Virus record (IMG/VR): IMGVR_UViG_2936413993_000002
Coordinates: 11,053 to 75,052 of that record
Source: a virus
Taxonomy: Duplodnaviria > Caudoviricetes
Strand: one strand, 5' to 3'
Length of the DNA: 64,000 nt
Part shown: one piece after another, positions 21,114 to 30,251 of the stretch
How positions within the stretch are numbered: the stretch's first letter is position 1
Layout: each line of letters begins with the position of its first letter
Position numbers and translations under genes: made by a program
The notes under the pieces: model-generated
What the model saw: only the letters and a program-made list of their open reading frames with translations
The model's database searches: none
Told to the model about the DNA's origin: nothing

Positions 21114-21156
21114 ATGCACAATAGGGGAGAAGGGAGGGAGCATAATATAACTCCCA

Positions 21157-22164
21157 TTAACCAAATATTTTATTCTTTTCTTCTTCGAAATCACGCAAGT
21201 CATAATGAGCAATAGTTGTAGCCACGTTTTCATGGTGGGCAACATATTTAGAGACTAATTCAAGTTTTACACCTTGCTCCAATAGATATGTGACACAAGA
21301 AGCTTTAAATAAGTGAGGATTAATCCGTCTACCTAATATGTCTGACAATGTGTTTGCACAAAAATAGTCAGCCCAAGAAGCTGACATCTGATCTATACTA
21401 CCATTATATTTAGTTGTAAAAATATACTCATGATCATACCCACGCTTATCTAACCATAGATTTATATAATCTAATGCCTCTCGATTAATCATGTAAGGTT
21501 CTATTTTTCCGTCTTCTCCACGTCCTTTCAGACGAACATTATGGCTATAAACAAAAGTAGCATCATCAGGGAAATTATAACTAGTGATCTCAGTTTTGAA
21601 TTGAATTATTTCTGAACGTCTAGCACCTACATTAAAGGCGGTGGATAACCAAGCCATACCTAAATAGTTTTCATCATTTTCTAAAACCGACATCATTTCC
21701 TTGTATTCTTCATATGTAACTTTAACCTTATCATATACCTTATTTTTGGGTATTGGAGGAAGACCACGAGTGAAGTTTCTGAACAATTTATAATCCTTAA
21801 AGTCATCTTCACCAACAATTACATTCTCGATATAATTACAAAGACTAGAAACACAAGCTTTCTTAAAACTAATTGCACTAGAAGACATTTTTCGGTTATC
21901 ACGTAAATAACTCATGTATCTTAAAAAGTCACGTTTAGTTATTTTATGTAGAGCTTTGTTATTCATAGCGTCATATACGTAATAGCCAAATTGCCTAAGA
22001 CCCGATATATATTGCTTTTTAGTAGCTGGAGAGTGGTTTTGTACTGAAACAAATTCTTCTACTAATTCACGATACTCTGCATTAACTAATTTCCACATTT
22101 CATCCGTCACTTCTGGTAATTTAGGGGCTCTATCACGAAGCATATTCTTTTCAATTTTACCCAA
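21157..22164 (-). CDS. Tyrosine recombinase (YomM-like)
   Basis: SAM-like N-domain; GARRSE (R), KGRG (K), NPHLFKAS (H-x-x-K), AHHE, HY (Tyr); same position as yomM in SPbeta. Confidence 0.85.
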   Translation of the reverse strand: MGKIEKNMLRDRAPKLPEVTDEMWKLVNAEYRELVEEFVSVQNHSPATKKQYISGLRQFGYYVYDAMNNKALHKITKRDFLRYMSYLRDNRKMSSSAISFKKACVSSLCNYIENVIVGEDDFKDYKLFRNFTRGLPPIPKNKVYDKVKVTYEEYKEMMSVLENDENYLGMAWLSTAFNVGARRSEIIQFKTEITSYNFPDDATFVYSHNVRLKGRGEDGKIEPYMINREALDYINLWLDKRGYDHEYIFTTKYNGSIDQMSASWADYFCANTLSDILGRRINPHLFKASCVTYLLEQGVKLELVSKYVAHHENVATTIAHYDLRDFEEEKNKIFG

Positions 22165-22182
22165 TTTCTCACCTCCTATAAA

Positions 22183-22671
22183 TTATTCAATATCTAATCC
22201 ACGAGCTTTAAGTGATTGTTTCATTGTTTTCGTATGTAAGTCTCTACTTAAAATTTCCTTCTCTGCTTCCTGAGTGAATGGGCGAGGGGAGGTATATTGA
22301 TCAGCAGTACCATCACGGTTAGATGTATATTCATATCCAGTACCATACTCAATTCCCTCAGCTATTTCATAACCATTTGCACCTTTAGTTATGTTCTCAA
22401 CAGATAATTCAATACCATCCCCAACACGCTTAACATCAACTTTCATGTTATCTCTAGAACGTAAGCCACCTTTATCCCGTCTACGTTCATAAACCCATGG
22501 CTCACCATCTTCAGTTCCTGGTTTATAAGCATCATATACTGTATTATCAATAGCTTTCTGTTCCTCGTCTTTGACCATTTCAGCCATAACGGTTTCCATT
22601 ACTGGTCTAAAGTGATTCTTTTCAACATGTTTTAATAGCTTTGCTAGACTATCAAATGTGTCAGTAGCCAT
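22183..22671 (-). CDS. Putative neck/tail-completion protein
   Basis: VYDAY.P..YERR...GGL and IEYG...PRPF motifs; position in the tail operon. Confidence 0.55.
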   Translation of the reverse strand: MATDTFDSLAKLLKHVEKNHFRPVMETVMAEMVKDEEQKAIDNTVYDAYKPGTEDGEPWVYERRRDKGGLRSRDNMKVDVKRVGDGIELSVENITKGANGYEIAEGIEYGTGYEYTSNRDGTADQYTSPRPFTQEAEKEILSRDLHTKTMKQSLKARGLDIE

Positions 22672-22686
22672 TTACATCAATCCCAA

Positions 22687-23223
22687 CTACACCATAGGTA
22701 TTTGTTTCTTTTGCTTAAAAGCCGACTCAATTAAATCAGCATTTTTCAGATCTAACTTAAATAGGTGTTCTTGAACCATATTTTGTAATTTTTCTACATA
22801 TTCAAATTGTGCAATGTGTTTAGCTGTGTATTGATAAACTTTATTTATCTCTGTTTGTAAGAATAATTCGTTCATAATAAATTCAAAAGCACTATCTCCA
22901 TTATCTACACGTAAATCAATTAAGGCATCAATTTCACCTAACACCTCATTGAAAGTTTTAGCTTTCAATTGAGATTTAAAATGGGTAAAATGCTTAATAA
23001 TAAAAAAATGCAATAATGAAAAAGTTAACTTTTCACTTAGATTTATATTTTCATCTTTTGTAGCCAAGATATTTTGAAGATCCTCATGCAATTCTAATAT
23101 TTTTGTATGAGGGAAGAGAGGATAAAATGTGATAGTAGAACCGTCATTAAGTTCGTATTTTTCTGTTTCGTGTACTTCTTTGACTTTCTTCTTAGTTAAT
23201 TTCAAATCGGTGGATTTACCCAT
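22687..23223 (-). CDS. Putative tail assembly chaperone
   Basis: 178 aa, downstream of the tail tube gene; SD AAAAGGAGG. Confidence 0.45.
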   Translation of the reverse strand: MGKSTDLKLTKKKVKEVHETEKYELNDGSTITFYPLFPHTKILELHEDLQNILATKDENINLSEKLTFSLLHFFIIKHFTHFKSQLKAKTFNEVLGEIDALIDLRVDNGDSAFEFIMNELFLQTEINKVYQYTAKHIAQFEYVEKLQNMVQEHLFKLDLKNADLIESAFKQKKQIPMV

Positions 23224-23249
23224 GTTATTATTTTCCTCCTTTTAATCCT

Positions 23250-23276
23250 AAAAAAGAGGACTCCGAAGAATCCTCA
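23250..23276 (-). terminator. Terminator after the tail tube gene
   Basis: GAGGATTCTTCGGAGTCCTC hairpin plus U-tract on the minus strand. Confidence 0.7.
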
Positions 23277-23294
23277 ATAAAATTTATTTATGTA

Positions 23295-24059
23295 TTAAGC
23301 TTCATCGTCATTTTCGAAAATGTAGTCAATATAAGTACCTTCACCTGAAGCATCTTTGACTTCATACATATCAAAGACAATTTCAAGATTAGTAGCTTCA
23401 GTACCACTCATAGTAAAAGTCATGTTTTGTTGAGGTTTTGCCTTGTAAACAGTCACATGACAAGGGTAATCACTATCATCTTCTTGGTTTCTAGCTAAAC
23501 CTGTTCCATAAATCGCCACAGTCTTAGGGAATTTAGTTGATTTAATACTAACTCTATTAGAAGTTGCAGGGGCTGCGTATTGATAGAAAGCAATAACTTC
23601 TTCACCATTTACAGCAGGAGTAGAAATATCCACTTCTTTAGCTGTTACACCAGTAATTGTTAACTCTTCCCCGGTGTCACGTAGACCTTTCAATTTATAT
23701 AATTTTACGTCTCCAACAGGAGTTTCTGATAATGTAACGGAAGGAGCTCCGTCAGTTTCAGTTATTTTTAATACTTCTCGTTTAAAGATTGAACCAACAC
23801 CTTTACCTAACTCTTCTCCAGTTAAAAGTGCTAGTAAATTTAAATCCACCAAAGGAACTGTTAATGTAAAAGTACCTGCTTTTGAGTGATCAAAAGACAT
23901 CTGCTTAGCATTACCACGTCCGCCAGTTAAATCCAATCTTTCTCCTGTAACTTCATTAGTTGTTGCTTGTGCATAATCAACAAAAGCAACAGGATTCTTT
24001 GTTTTAAAGTCGACGATATTAACGTCTAATACTTCCTTAATCCCATATTGTAAACCCAT
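23295..24059 (-). CDS. Major tail tube protein
   Basis: GG.GN..QMSFDHSK, IKSTKFP, FTMSG..ATNLEIVFD motifs; strong SD; followed by a terminator. Confidence 0.75.
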   Translation of the reverse strand: MGLQYGIKEVLDVNIVDFKTKNPVAFVDYAQATTNEVTGERLDLTGGRGNAKQMSFDHSKAGTFTLTVPLVDLNLLALLTGEELGKGVGSIFKREVLKITETDGAPSVTLSETPVGDVKLYKLKGLRDTGEELTITGVTAKEVDISTPAVNGEEVIAFYQYAAPATSNRVSIKSTKFPKTVAIYGTGLARNQEDDSDYPCHVTVYKAKPQQNMTFTMSGTEATNLEIVFDMYEVKDASGEGTYIDYIFENDDEA

Positions 24060-24074
24060 TGGATAATTCCTCCA

Positions 24075-24815
24075 TTATAATTTAATTTTATTATTACCAA
24101 CTACCCAATGCTTCATTTCTTTCCTATCTTTTTCAGACATATGAGGTAGATGGATATAATCGTTATGATAGTTGTCCCAAAGCACTAGTCTTAAATACTC
24201 AAGATATAATTGGTTAACTGTTAACTCCCAAACATTTAAAATACTAATATTTTTACTATTACTCGCAACAATAGAAATTGTATCTGCTAAAGTTAAACTG
24301 TCATTACCAGTCTTTTTTTGAATTTCACTTTTAACTTTGTTTAATCTTTCAAGTAATGCGTTAGCTTTTTTATTGGCAGGTTTATAATTTTCAGCAGAAT
24401 CACTTCTGAAGTTCTGTTTAGATAAAACATCTCTTAAACGTAAAAAATCTTCCTCTTTCAAAGGAAGATGGTTGTTATTATTAATTAAATAAAAATTTCT
24501 AGTTGCTTCGTCGAAAAATGAATCAGTCCTTAAAAAGACTCTAATTGCATTAGTCACAATTTCTCTCATATTCAAATCTACTTCTAGTAACTGAATAAAA
24601 AACTGATATTCTGTTAATTTGGAATGAGAAACTCTTTCTTCATAACTTAGTTCGTTAATAGGTATGTGGTTTTTACTCATTAATAATCCGTTCAAACAGA
24701 GAACATATAAATCTTCGCCCAATTCAGAGATTTCTCCGAGAGTGAGAGGATGAACAAAAATATTATCGATTAACTGAATAGGGGAGCCTTTTAATATTTT
24801 CAGATCATCACTCAT
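24075..24815 (-). CDS. Virion morphogenesis protein (SPbeta YomV-like)
   Basis: 246 aa; GSPI...VHPLTLGEI and ISILNVWELTV.QL motifs; synteny. Confidence 0.55.
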   Translation of the reverse strand: MSDDLKILKGSPIQLIDNIFVHPLTLGEISELGEDLYVLCLNGLLMSKNHIPINELSYEERVSHSKLTEYQFFIQLLEVDLNMREIVTNAIRVFLRTDSFFDEATRNFYLINNNNHLPLKEEDFLRLRDVLSKQNFRSDSAENYKPANKKANALLERLNKVKSEIQKKTGNDSLTLADTISIVASNSKNISILNVWELTVNQLYLEYLRLVLWDNYHNDYIHLPHMSEKDRKEMKHWVVGNNKIKL

Positions 24816-25321
24816 TTTCTAAAACTTCCAAACTCATATACGCACTTGTAACCAACATAATTTCTAGGTACACCTGATATTATATTCCCACCAACATACT
24901 CTAATTTCCCAAACACACCTTTAACTTTTGCATTTACTAGTAAGTCGTTTAACCTATCAGTAATTCTAGAGGAACGAAAATCTCCATTCTCATAATCAAC
25001 ATGACATAGTATATCAATATGTATTTCTTGATCTGCAGTAGCGTAATTATTTCGTTCAGGAGTTCTTCTTCCTGGATAAATAAATAATCTGCACAATTTT
25101 ATAGGCTCCAAATCATCAACTTTCACTGACTTCATAATATGCTTATTTTGAATATCAGATAATTCTTCAGGCGGTTTGTCTATAATATTTGGTAGAGTAG
25201 GGGATAGGGGGTCAGGAATACCTTCAGCAAAATTCTCTGGTTTAAGAGTTAATAATCTTAATAAGTCTTCATCTTTCCTAATATGTATAAATGTGTTGAG
25301 GATGTCATCATATAAGCCCAT
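24812..25321 (-). CDS. Putative tail terminator
   Basis: 169 aa; IHIDILCH...R...ITDRLNDLL...GKLE; synteny upstream of the tube gene. Confidence 0.55.
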   Translation of the reverse strand: MGLYDDILNTFIHIRKDEDLLRLLTLKPENFAEGIPDPLSPTLPNIIDKPPEELSDIQNKHIMKSVKVDDLEPIKLCRLFIYPGRRTPERNNYATADQEIHIDILCHVDYENGDFRSSRITDRLNDLLVNAKVKGVFGKLEYVGGNIISGVPRNYVGYKCVYEFGSFRK

Positions 25322-26004
25322 TATGAAGTCACCTCGCTTGGTATAATATCAGCCGTAATTGTCATTAATCCAACCTCATTAATCACCTTAGTTTTATCAA
25401 CGTTGACAATTTTGTAAGTATTGTCATACATCATAAACTCAGAGTTATCTTTAACATTGGAAATTGGTTGATATTTCATTGTTATAACAATTCGACCATC
25501 AGGAAGATTTAGCTGACTATTTTTCTCTCTATCTTTTATACTAGATTCCACAATACAGGGTACTAAGAATTCTTCTCCACCAACCCATTGATAAACAGGA
25601 TCTCCAAACTTATCTCGAATGACATTTCCTTGATCATCCCGCATTAAAACTTTCGTTTTATCAGTAATGGCGGGGAAGAAGGAGTTACAAATCTTCATAT
25701 CTGCTTTTCGATAAATTTTGTTATCCTCTGGAATTGTCACAACTAACCAATCTTGCTTATTGATGTTTAATATGTTCCCACGTTCTATATCTGCAATATG
25801 CCCGATAACTCTTTTAGTTTCACTATCAGAATCGTATTTTTGATAAATCAATACTCTAATAGGAGTAGGATAGCTATCTACAAATGCTTCATAAGATTCA
25901 AAACCATTAAGAGAATGTTCTAATAAGGTCATTCCGTCTCGATGTATTTTATCATTGGTATTTATGTTGTGATAATTACTATAATCCTTCATCTTCATCA
26001 CCAC
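25321..26004 (-). CDS. Putative head-closure / head-tail joining protein
   Basis: 227 aa, beta-rich; synteny. Confidence 0.55.
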   Translation of the reverse strand: MVMKMKDYSNYHNINTNDKIHRDGMTLLEHSLNGFESYEAFVDSYPTPIRVLIYQKYDSDSETKRVIGHIADIERGNILNINKQDWLVVTIPEDNKIYRKADMKICNSFFPAITDKTKVLMRDDQGNVIRDKFGDPVYQWVGGEEFLVPCIVESSIKDREKNSQLNLPDGRIVITMKYQPISNVKDNSEFMMYDNTYKIVNVDKTKVINEVGLMTITADIIPSEVTS

Positions 26005-26227
26005 AAATGACTAGTTGACTTATCTTGGAAACATCAGCGCTAACAGTAAGGATAATATCTCTCAATTCAACCAAATCCGGCTCATCTAATAATCTTTTAC
26101 CTAGATAATTCTCCAACTTATATAAGATTGAATTATTTCTCTTACTAATTCTTGAGCAATAAGCATACAACGATTCAATCTCAATAGTTCCGTCATTTTT
26201 AACTATTTTTACTTTAAGGTTGCTCAT
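25979..26227 (-). CDS. Hypothetical protein (head-tail cluster)
   Basis: 82 aa, overlapping both neighbours, SD GGAGG. Confidence 0.6.
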   Translation of the reverse strand: MSNLKVKIVKNDGTIEIESLYAYCSRISKRNNSILYKLENYLGKRLLDEPDLVELRDIILTVSADVSKISQLVICGDEDEGL

Positions 26228-26619
26228 AAGAAATCAACCTCCGTATTCATGATTAAACGGTCAATAGTTTTATCTTGGAGTTCAATAGATGATTTAAGAG
26301 AGTTAAGTTGAGTGCTGAAGTTTTTTAAGCCTACATCTTTCGAGAAAGGCTGCCAAAGATTCTCAAAGTATGTCTTTTGGTTAATTAAAAATATATAACG
26401 AATATAGTTTGCTAAAATCAAAAGGTGATCTTGTGTTATTTCTTTATCTAGCGTTTCTTTAACATCATCGCAAATTAGGTCTGTTCTCAGTCTGTTATTC
26501 ATATACATGACTGCATTTCTGATAGATTCATAAATTGCTTTATTCGTTTGAGGTAAATCTAAATCGGATACTTTACAATTATTTAGAAAGGTAGTCCAAA
26601 TTTCATCATAAGAAGTCAT
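26224..26619 (-). CDS. Putative head-tail adaptor
   Basis: MTSYDEIW..FL N-terminus, helical, 131 aa; synteny. Confidence 0.55.
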   Translation of the reverse strand: MTSYDEIWTTFLNNCKVSDLDLPQTNKAIYESIRNAVMYMNNRLRTDLICDDVKETLDKEITQDHLLILANYIRYIFLINQKTYFENLWQPFSKDVGLKNFSTQLNSLKSSIELQDKTIDRLIMNTEVDFL

Positions 26620-26632
26620 TTATCATCACTCC

Positions 26633-27097
26633 TTATTCGAATAGAAGAGAAGGGTCAATATTCATCCAATTAGCTAAGAAATCAATTTTACCTTTAGTTA
26701 AATCATCTTTTAGTGTAGCAGCAACTTCTAGAACAAATTGTTTTTCTGAATCAACGGTAATTTTGTTTAAAGATGCTTTCATTTTATTGATATTGCCTTC
26801 TAATAATTTTTTAATTTCTTCATGAGAGTGAGTGTTATTTTCATATGTTTCAATCTCTGCGATACCATCTTTTAGTTCAGTTGTAGTTTCATTCTGATCC
26901 ATAATTACCAATTCGCCTTTGTCAAAACAAATAGTACTCATAGTTAACCATTCAACTACCTCACGAGGTACTTCTTTTACATCAGGTTTACCATTTTTAC
27001 TACCATTCCATGTATACTGACGATTTGATCCATCCCCATCATATCTAACAAAATAAGATGTGTTTCTATATCTACCTAATTTAACTTTATCTGTCAT
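26633..27097 (-). CDS. Head-associated protein (YonA-like)
   Basis: 154 aa immediately downstream of the capsid gene; SD AAGGAGG. Confidence 0.55.
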   Translation of the reverse strand: MTDKVKLGRYRNTSYFVRYDGDGSNRQYTWNGSKNGKPDVKEVPREVVEWLTMSTICFDKGELVIMDQNETTTELKDGIAEIETYENNTHSHEEIKKLLEGNINKMKASLNKITVDSEKQFVLEVAATLKDDLTKGKIDFLANWMNIDPSLLFE

Positions 27098-27172
27098 ATA
27101 AGATATCCTCCTTATTATCCTAAGAAAGGAGTAAGTTTTTTCTTACCCCTTGTAATTTATTTTTATAAAAAA

Positions 27173-28189
27173 TTATAAAGTAACTGCAGATTGCTCTTCA
27201 ATAATCCCGATAGCCTCACCAAATAATAGGTTAACTGCAACATCTTGAGTAATTTTCATCATAACTCTTTCATCTTCAATATCTGTAGCAGTTTGTTGAC
27301 GTAATCCACCATACTCAACGATAGAGAATGGTTTTTGTTCTACTCCACCGGCAAACATGTAACCTTTATTTACTGGAAGCTCAACTTTTGAGTTAGTAGC
27401 ATCAGTGAATGGGTTTACCAAGTTGACCGCAGTAGTACGAGCTATAGTTGCTGGATTTAATGCTGTTAATAATTCATCTTTAATACCATCAGTTAAAAGG
27501 TTTTTCAAAGTAGAATCTGTAGCTTGTTGCATAGCAAAATAGTCAATCAATAAAGCATCTGCAACAAATACAGGACGACCACCATAACGTTGAAGTACAG
27601 AAGCCACTTTATTGTATTGTGCAATTGTCAAGTTAGCACCTGTTACAACGTTTTTACCTGGGATCTTACCACTTGTAATAGCTGTAGCAGTAAGTTCATT
27701 GATCTTATCAAGGAATAAACGTACTTTTGCATTAGCAACGTCATTGATTAATTTGCGGAAATATTCTTCTGATTCCTTAACTAAATCAAGTGGCTCATAA
27801 TAGAAACCAGTAGATAGGTGAACAGGAACTGCTACAATAGACTTTTTACCTTCTACACGTACTAAATCCACACCAGAACCAACAGCAGACCAAACTACCT
27901 TAGCTTTGTTCTTTTGTGGAATCTTTAATTCTACTAAATCACCGCGATTACGATTTTCCACTTTAGCAAATAAAGAAAGAAGGTTAGTCACCATAGGTTT
28001 TGCAATTTCATCTGCCATTTCTACAACTAAAGTGTTAAATTGATGCAATGCAGAAGGATCTGGAGTTTGTGAACCATCGCCGAATACTTTAGTAATATAA
28101 GCTTTAATATCAGTTGAATCCTTTTCTTCCATTTTGTTATTGTATACACGGCTAAACAAGCCTTTTAATTTTGAGTTATCAAGTGTCAT
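27173..28189 (-). CDS. Major capsid protein (YonB-like)
   Basis: 338 aa; position after protease/scaffold and decoration genes; highly expressed codon style. Confidence 0.8.
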   Translation of the reverse strand: MTLDNSKLKGLFSRVYNNKMEEKDSTDIKAYITKVFGDGSQTPDPSALHQFNTLVVEMADEIAKPMVTNLLSLFAKVENRNRGDLVELKIPQKNKAKVVWSAVGSGVDLVRVEGKKSIVAVPVHLSTGFYYEPLDLVKESEEYFRKLINDVANAKVRLFLDKINELTATAITSGKIPGKNVVTGANLTIAQYNKVASVLQRYGGRPVFVADALLIDYFAMQQATDSTLKNLLTDGIKDELLTALNPATIARTTAVNLVNPFTDATNSKVELPVNKGYMFAGGVEQKPFSIVEYGGLRQQTATDIEDERVMMKITQDVAVNLLFGEAIGIIEEQSAVTL

Positions 28190-28220
28190 TATTAAATCTC
28201 CTTATAAGTTATTTTTAAAA

Positions 28221-28757
28221 TTAGGCTTCAATTACTTCAAGACGCACAGTTGCAGCACCTAAAGTGTATTCCATGTCATCTTCACTATTTACTACTAAGA
28301 ACTTAGCAGAAGATCCTGCGTAATCTTCATGAGCTGATCCAACTTCAGAAATAATAAATTTCTTAGTAGCAGGATCAAAGTGAGCAACCTGTCCTTTAGC
28401 AACAGCAGAAACGCCAGTATTTAATGTGAATGCGGATGTTTCAAATCGAGTATAACCCGGTTCGAAAATTACGATTCTCGCACGTTCTCCAACCCCATTA
28501 TAGAAATCAACCATTGCTTCACCTAAATATCTCACTTCAGGAGTAGCAATTAAGTATGCCTTCTTATCAATAGCTGATAATTGTTTCGCAGTACGTTCTC
28601 CATCGTCATTGAAACCAAGTTCAACAAGTGTGAAGTTATCAATATCTGTTCCTTCAACTAAAGCACCATGCGCTAGTGTTTTGATTTTCATAGAATTTAA
28701 GTTACCAACAGTATGAGTGCCTACCTCAGTTAAGGCTTTTAAAATACGACTTGCCAT
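28221..28757 (-). CDS. Capsid decoration/cement protein (YonC-like)
   Basis: 178 aa between scaffold and capsid; IDNFTLVELG and FYN..GE.ARI motifs. Confidence 0.6.
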   Translation of the reverse strand: MASRILKALTEVGTHTVGNLNSMKIKTLAHGALVEGTDIDNFTLVELGFNDDGERTAKQLSAIDKKAYLIATPEVRYLGEAMVDFYNGVGERARIVIFEPGYTRFETSAFTLNTGVSAVAKGQVAHFDPATKKFIISEVGSAHEDYAGSSAKFLVVNSEDDMEYTLGAATVRLEVIEA

Positions 28758-28790
28758 TGTTTTATTCCTCCAATTTGTAATTTAATTGTT

Positions 28791-30221
28791 TTATTTTGAA
28801 TATCTACTATCAAAGTCATCACTAGCAGGAATAAGGTTTTCTCTCTTACTAGAAACTTCTCTGATAACATTTTCCTCTGGTTTAGCTTGTTCAAATACTA
28901 CTAAATCTACTAAAATACTGTTTAACTGTAAGATTGCTTGTTTACCATCTTCATTTTCGTAGATAGATTTATTTAATAGTTCTTGAACTTCATCTGAAGC
29001 AAATGTATCACTTGCTTTCAATGCTTCAAATTTCTTAGAGTAGAATTCTTTCTTCTCATTAAGTTTTTCCTCATTTTGTTTCGCTTCAAATTGAGTCTTG
29101 AAAGGTTCTAATTCAGAAACTTTAGTAGTTAGTTCAACAACCTTTTCAGAAGCACTATTGAATTTGTTTTCAATATCATTTTTCGTTTCTGTTAAACTAT
29201 TAACTTGTGTTTGTAAGTCAGTAATAGTCTGATCTTTTTCATTAAGTTGGGATTGAACAGCTTCAGGAACAAGCTCTTCCCAGTTGCGAGTTAGAAATAC
29301 TTCAACTTTTGAATCAAAATCAATTTCAACATCATTTTCTGATTCTGTATAGTTTAACTTAAAGTGTTTATCATACGAATTTTCTTCAGACCAACTATAT
29401 AAATTCACAATAAAGTAAGTTTCGTATACATCTGAAATCCACGAATCTTCATTTTCGCCAAGTGTGGCATCCAATTTAGCATATAATTTTGATCGTATAT
29501 CACTATGCGATAATTCAAACACTTTCTTAAATTTTTCCACTTTATTAACCTCCTTGTCGTTCAATTGTTTATCAATATTTTCTTGATTAACTGCTTGAGC
29601 AACTAATTTTGTTATCTTAGAAACGTCGTAAGCAGGATAGACTTTTTGATGATCGCCACGTTCTTCAGAGTTCAAAATGCAGTGTCCTTCATAAACATAT
29701 GAAAGAATTTCTTCAACTCCATCTTTAAACAAGTAACTATCATATAGAATTTCCATACTTGAAACTACATCAATTCCACTATCATTCCATTCTTTTAGTA
29801 AACCAATGACATTGGGGAATCTAGAAGCCCATAATATTCCTTTACCAATAACAACTTCTTTTTCTTGACCATTTTCATCAAGAATAGTCGATATGTAACC
29901 ATCTTCAGTAAAAACTCCTATAGGTACTGTATCCAATCCTAATATGGTGTCACCAGATTTTCTGTCTTGATCCAAATAAAGTTCATGAGAGCCAAGAGCA
30001 TCATCTTCTGCACCACTCTCTGAAACTGGATGATATTTACAAACAATAGGCATATCTTTTAAAGTATGTAAGGTCTTTAATGCAGTCTCTTTTGAGATTA
30101 TTGAATTATTATGACTAACTTCGAAATCATGTAGTATAAACTCGACTTCTTTTTTAGTCGGATTATCAGTGTCCTGTATTGAATTTAATTTAATATCAAA
30201 TAATGCTCTCTTTTTTTTCAA
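28791..30221 (-). CDS. Prohead protease-scaffold (YonD-like)
   Basis: HNNS.I, PIVC, H, GILW.SRF, SSMEI, GHCIL...PAY protease motifs; acidic coiled-coil C-terminal half. Confidence 0.8.
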   Translation of the reverse strand: MKKKRALFDIKLNSIQDTDNPTKKEVEFILHDFEVSHNNSIISKETALKTLHTLKDMPIVCKYHPVSESGAEDDALGSHELYLDQDRKSGDTILGLDTVPIGVFTEDGYISTILDENGQEKEVVIGKGILWASRFPNVIGLLKEWNDSGIDVVSSMEILYDSYLFKDGVEEILSYVYEGHCILNSEERGDHQKVYPAYDVSKITKLVAQAVNQENIDKQLNDKEVNKVEKFKKVFELSHSDIRSKLYAKLDATLGENEDSWISDVYETYFIVNLYSWSEENSYDKHFKLNYTESENDVEIDFDSKVEVFLTRNWEELVPEAVQSQLNEKDQTITDLQTQVNSLTETKNDIENKFNSASEKVVELTTKVSELEPFKTQFEAKQNEEKLNEKKEFYSKKFEALKASDTFASDEVQELLNKSIYENEDGKQAILQLNSILVDLVVFEQAKPEENVIREVSSKRENLIPASDDFDSRYSK

Positions 30222-30251
30222 TATCTCACCTCCTTAAAGAGAGAAAAGTAA

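Noticed and set aside
21157-22164. Prophage integrase marking an att site
   Set aside because: Embedded among structural genes with phage genes on both sides; no host-phage junction in the window
22671-23223. Programmed -1 frameshift in the tail chaperone
   Set aside because: No convincing X XXY YYZ slippery site near the 3' end, and the next gene has its own start
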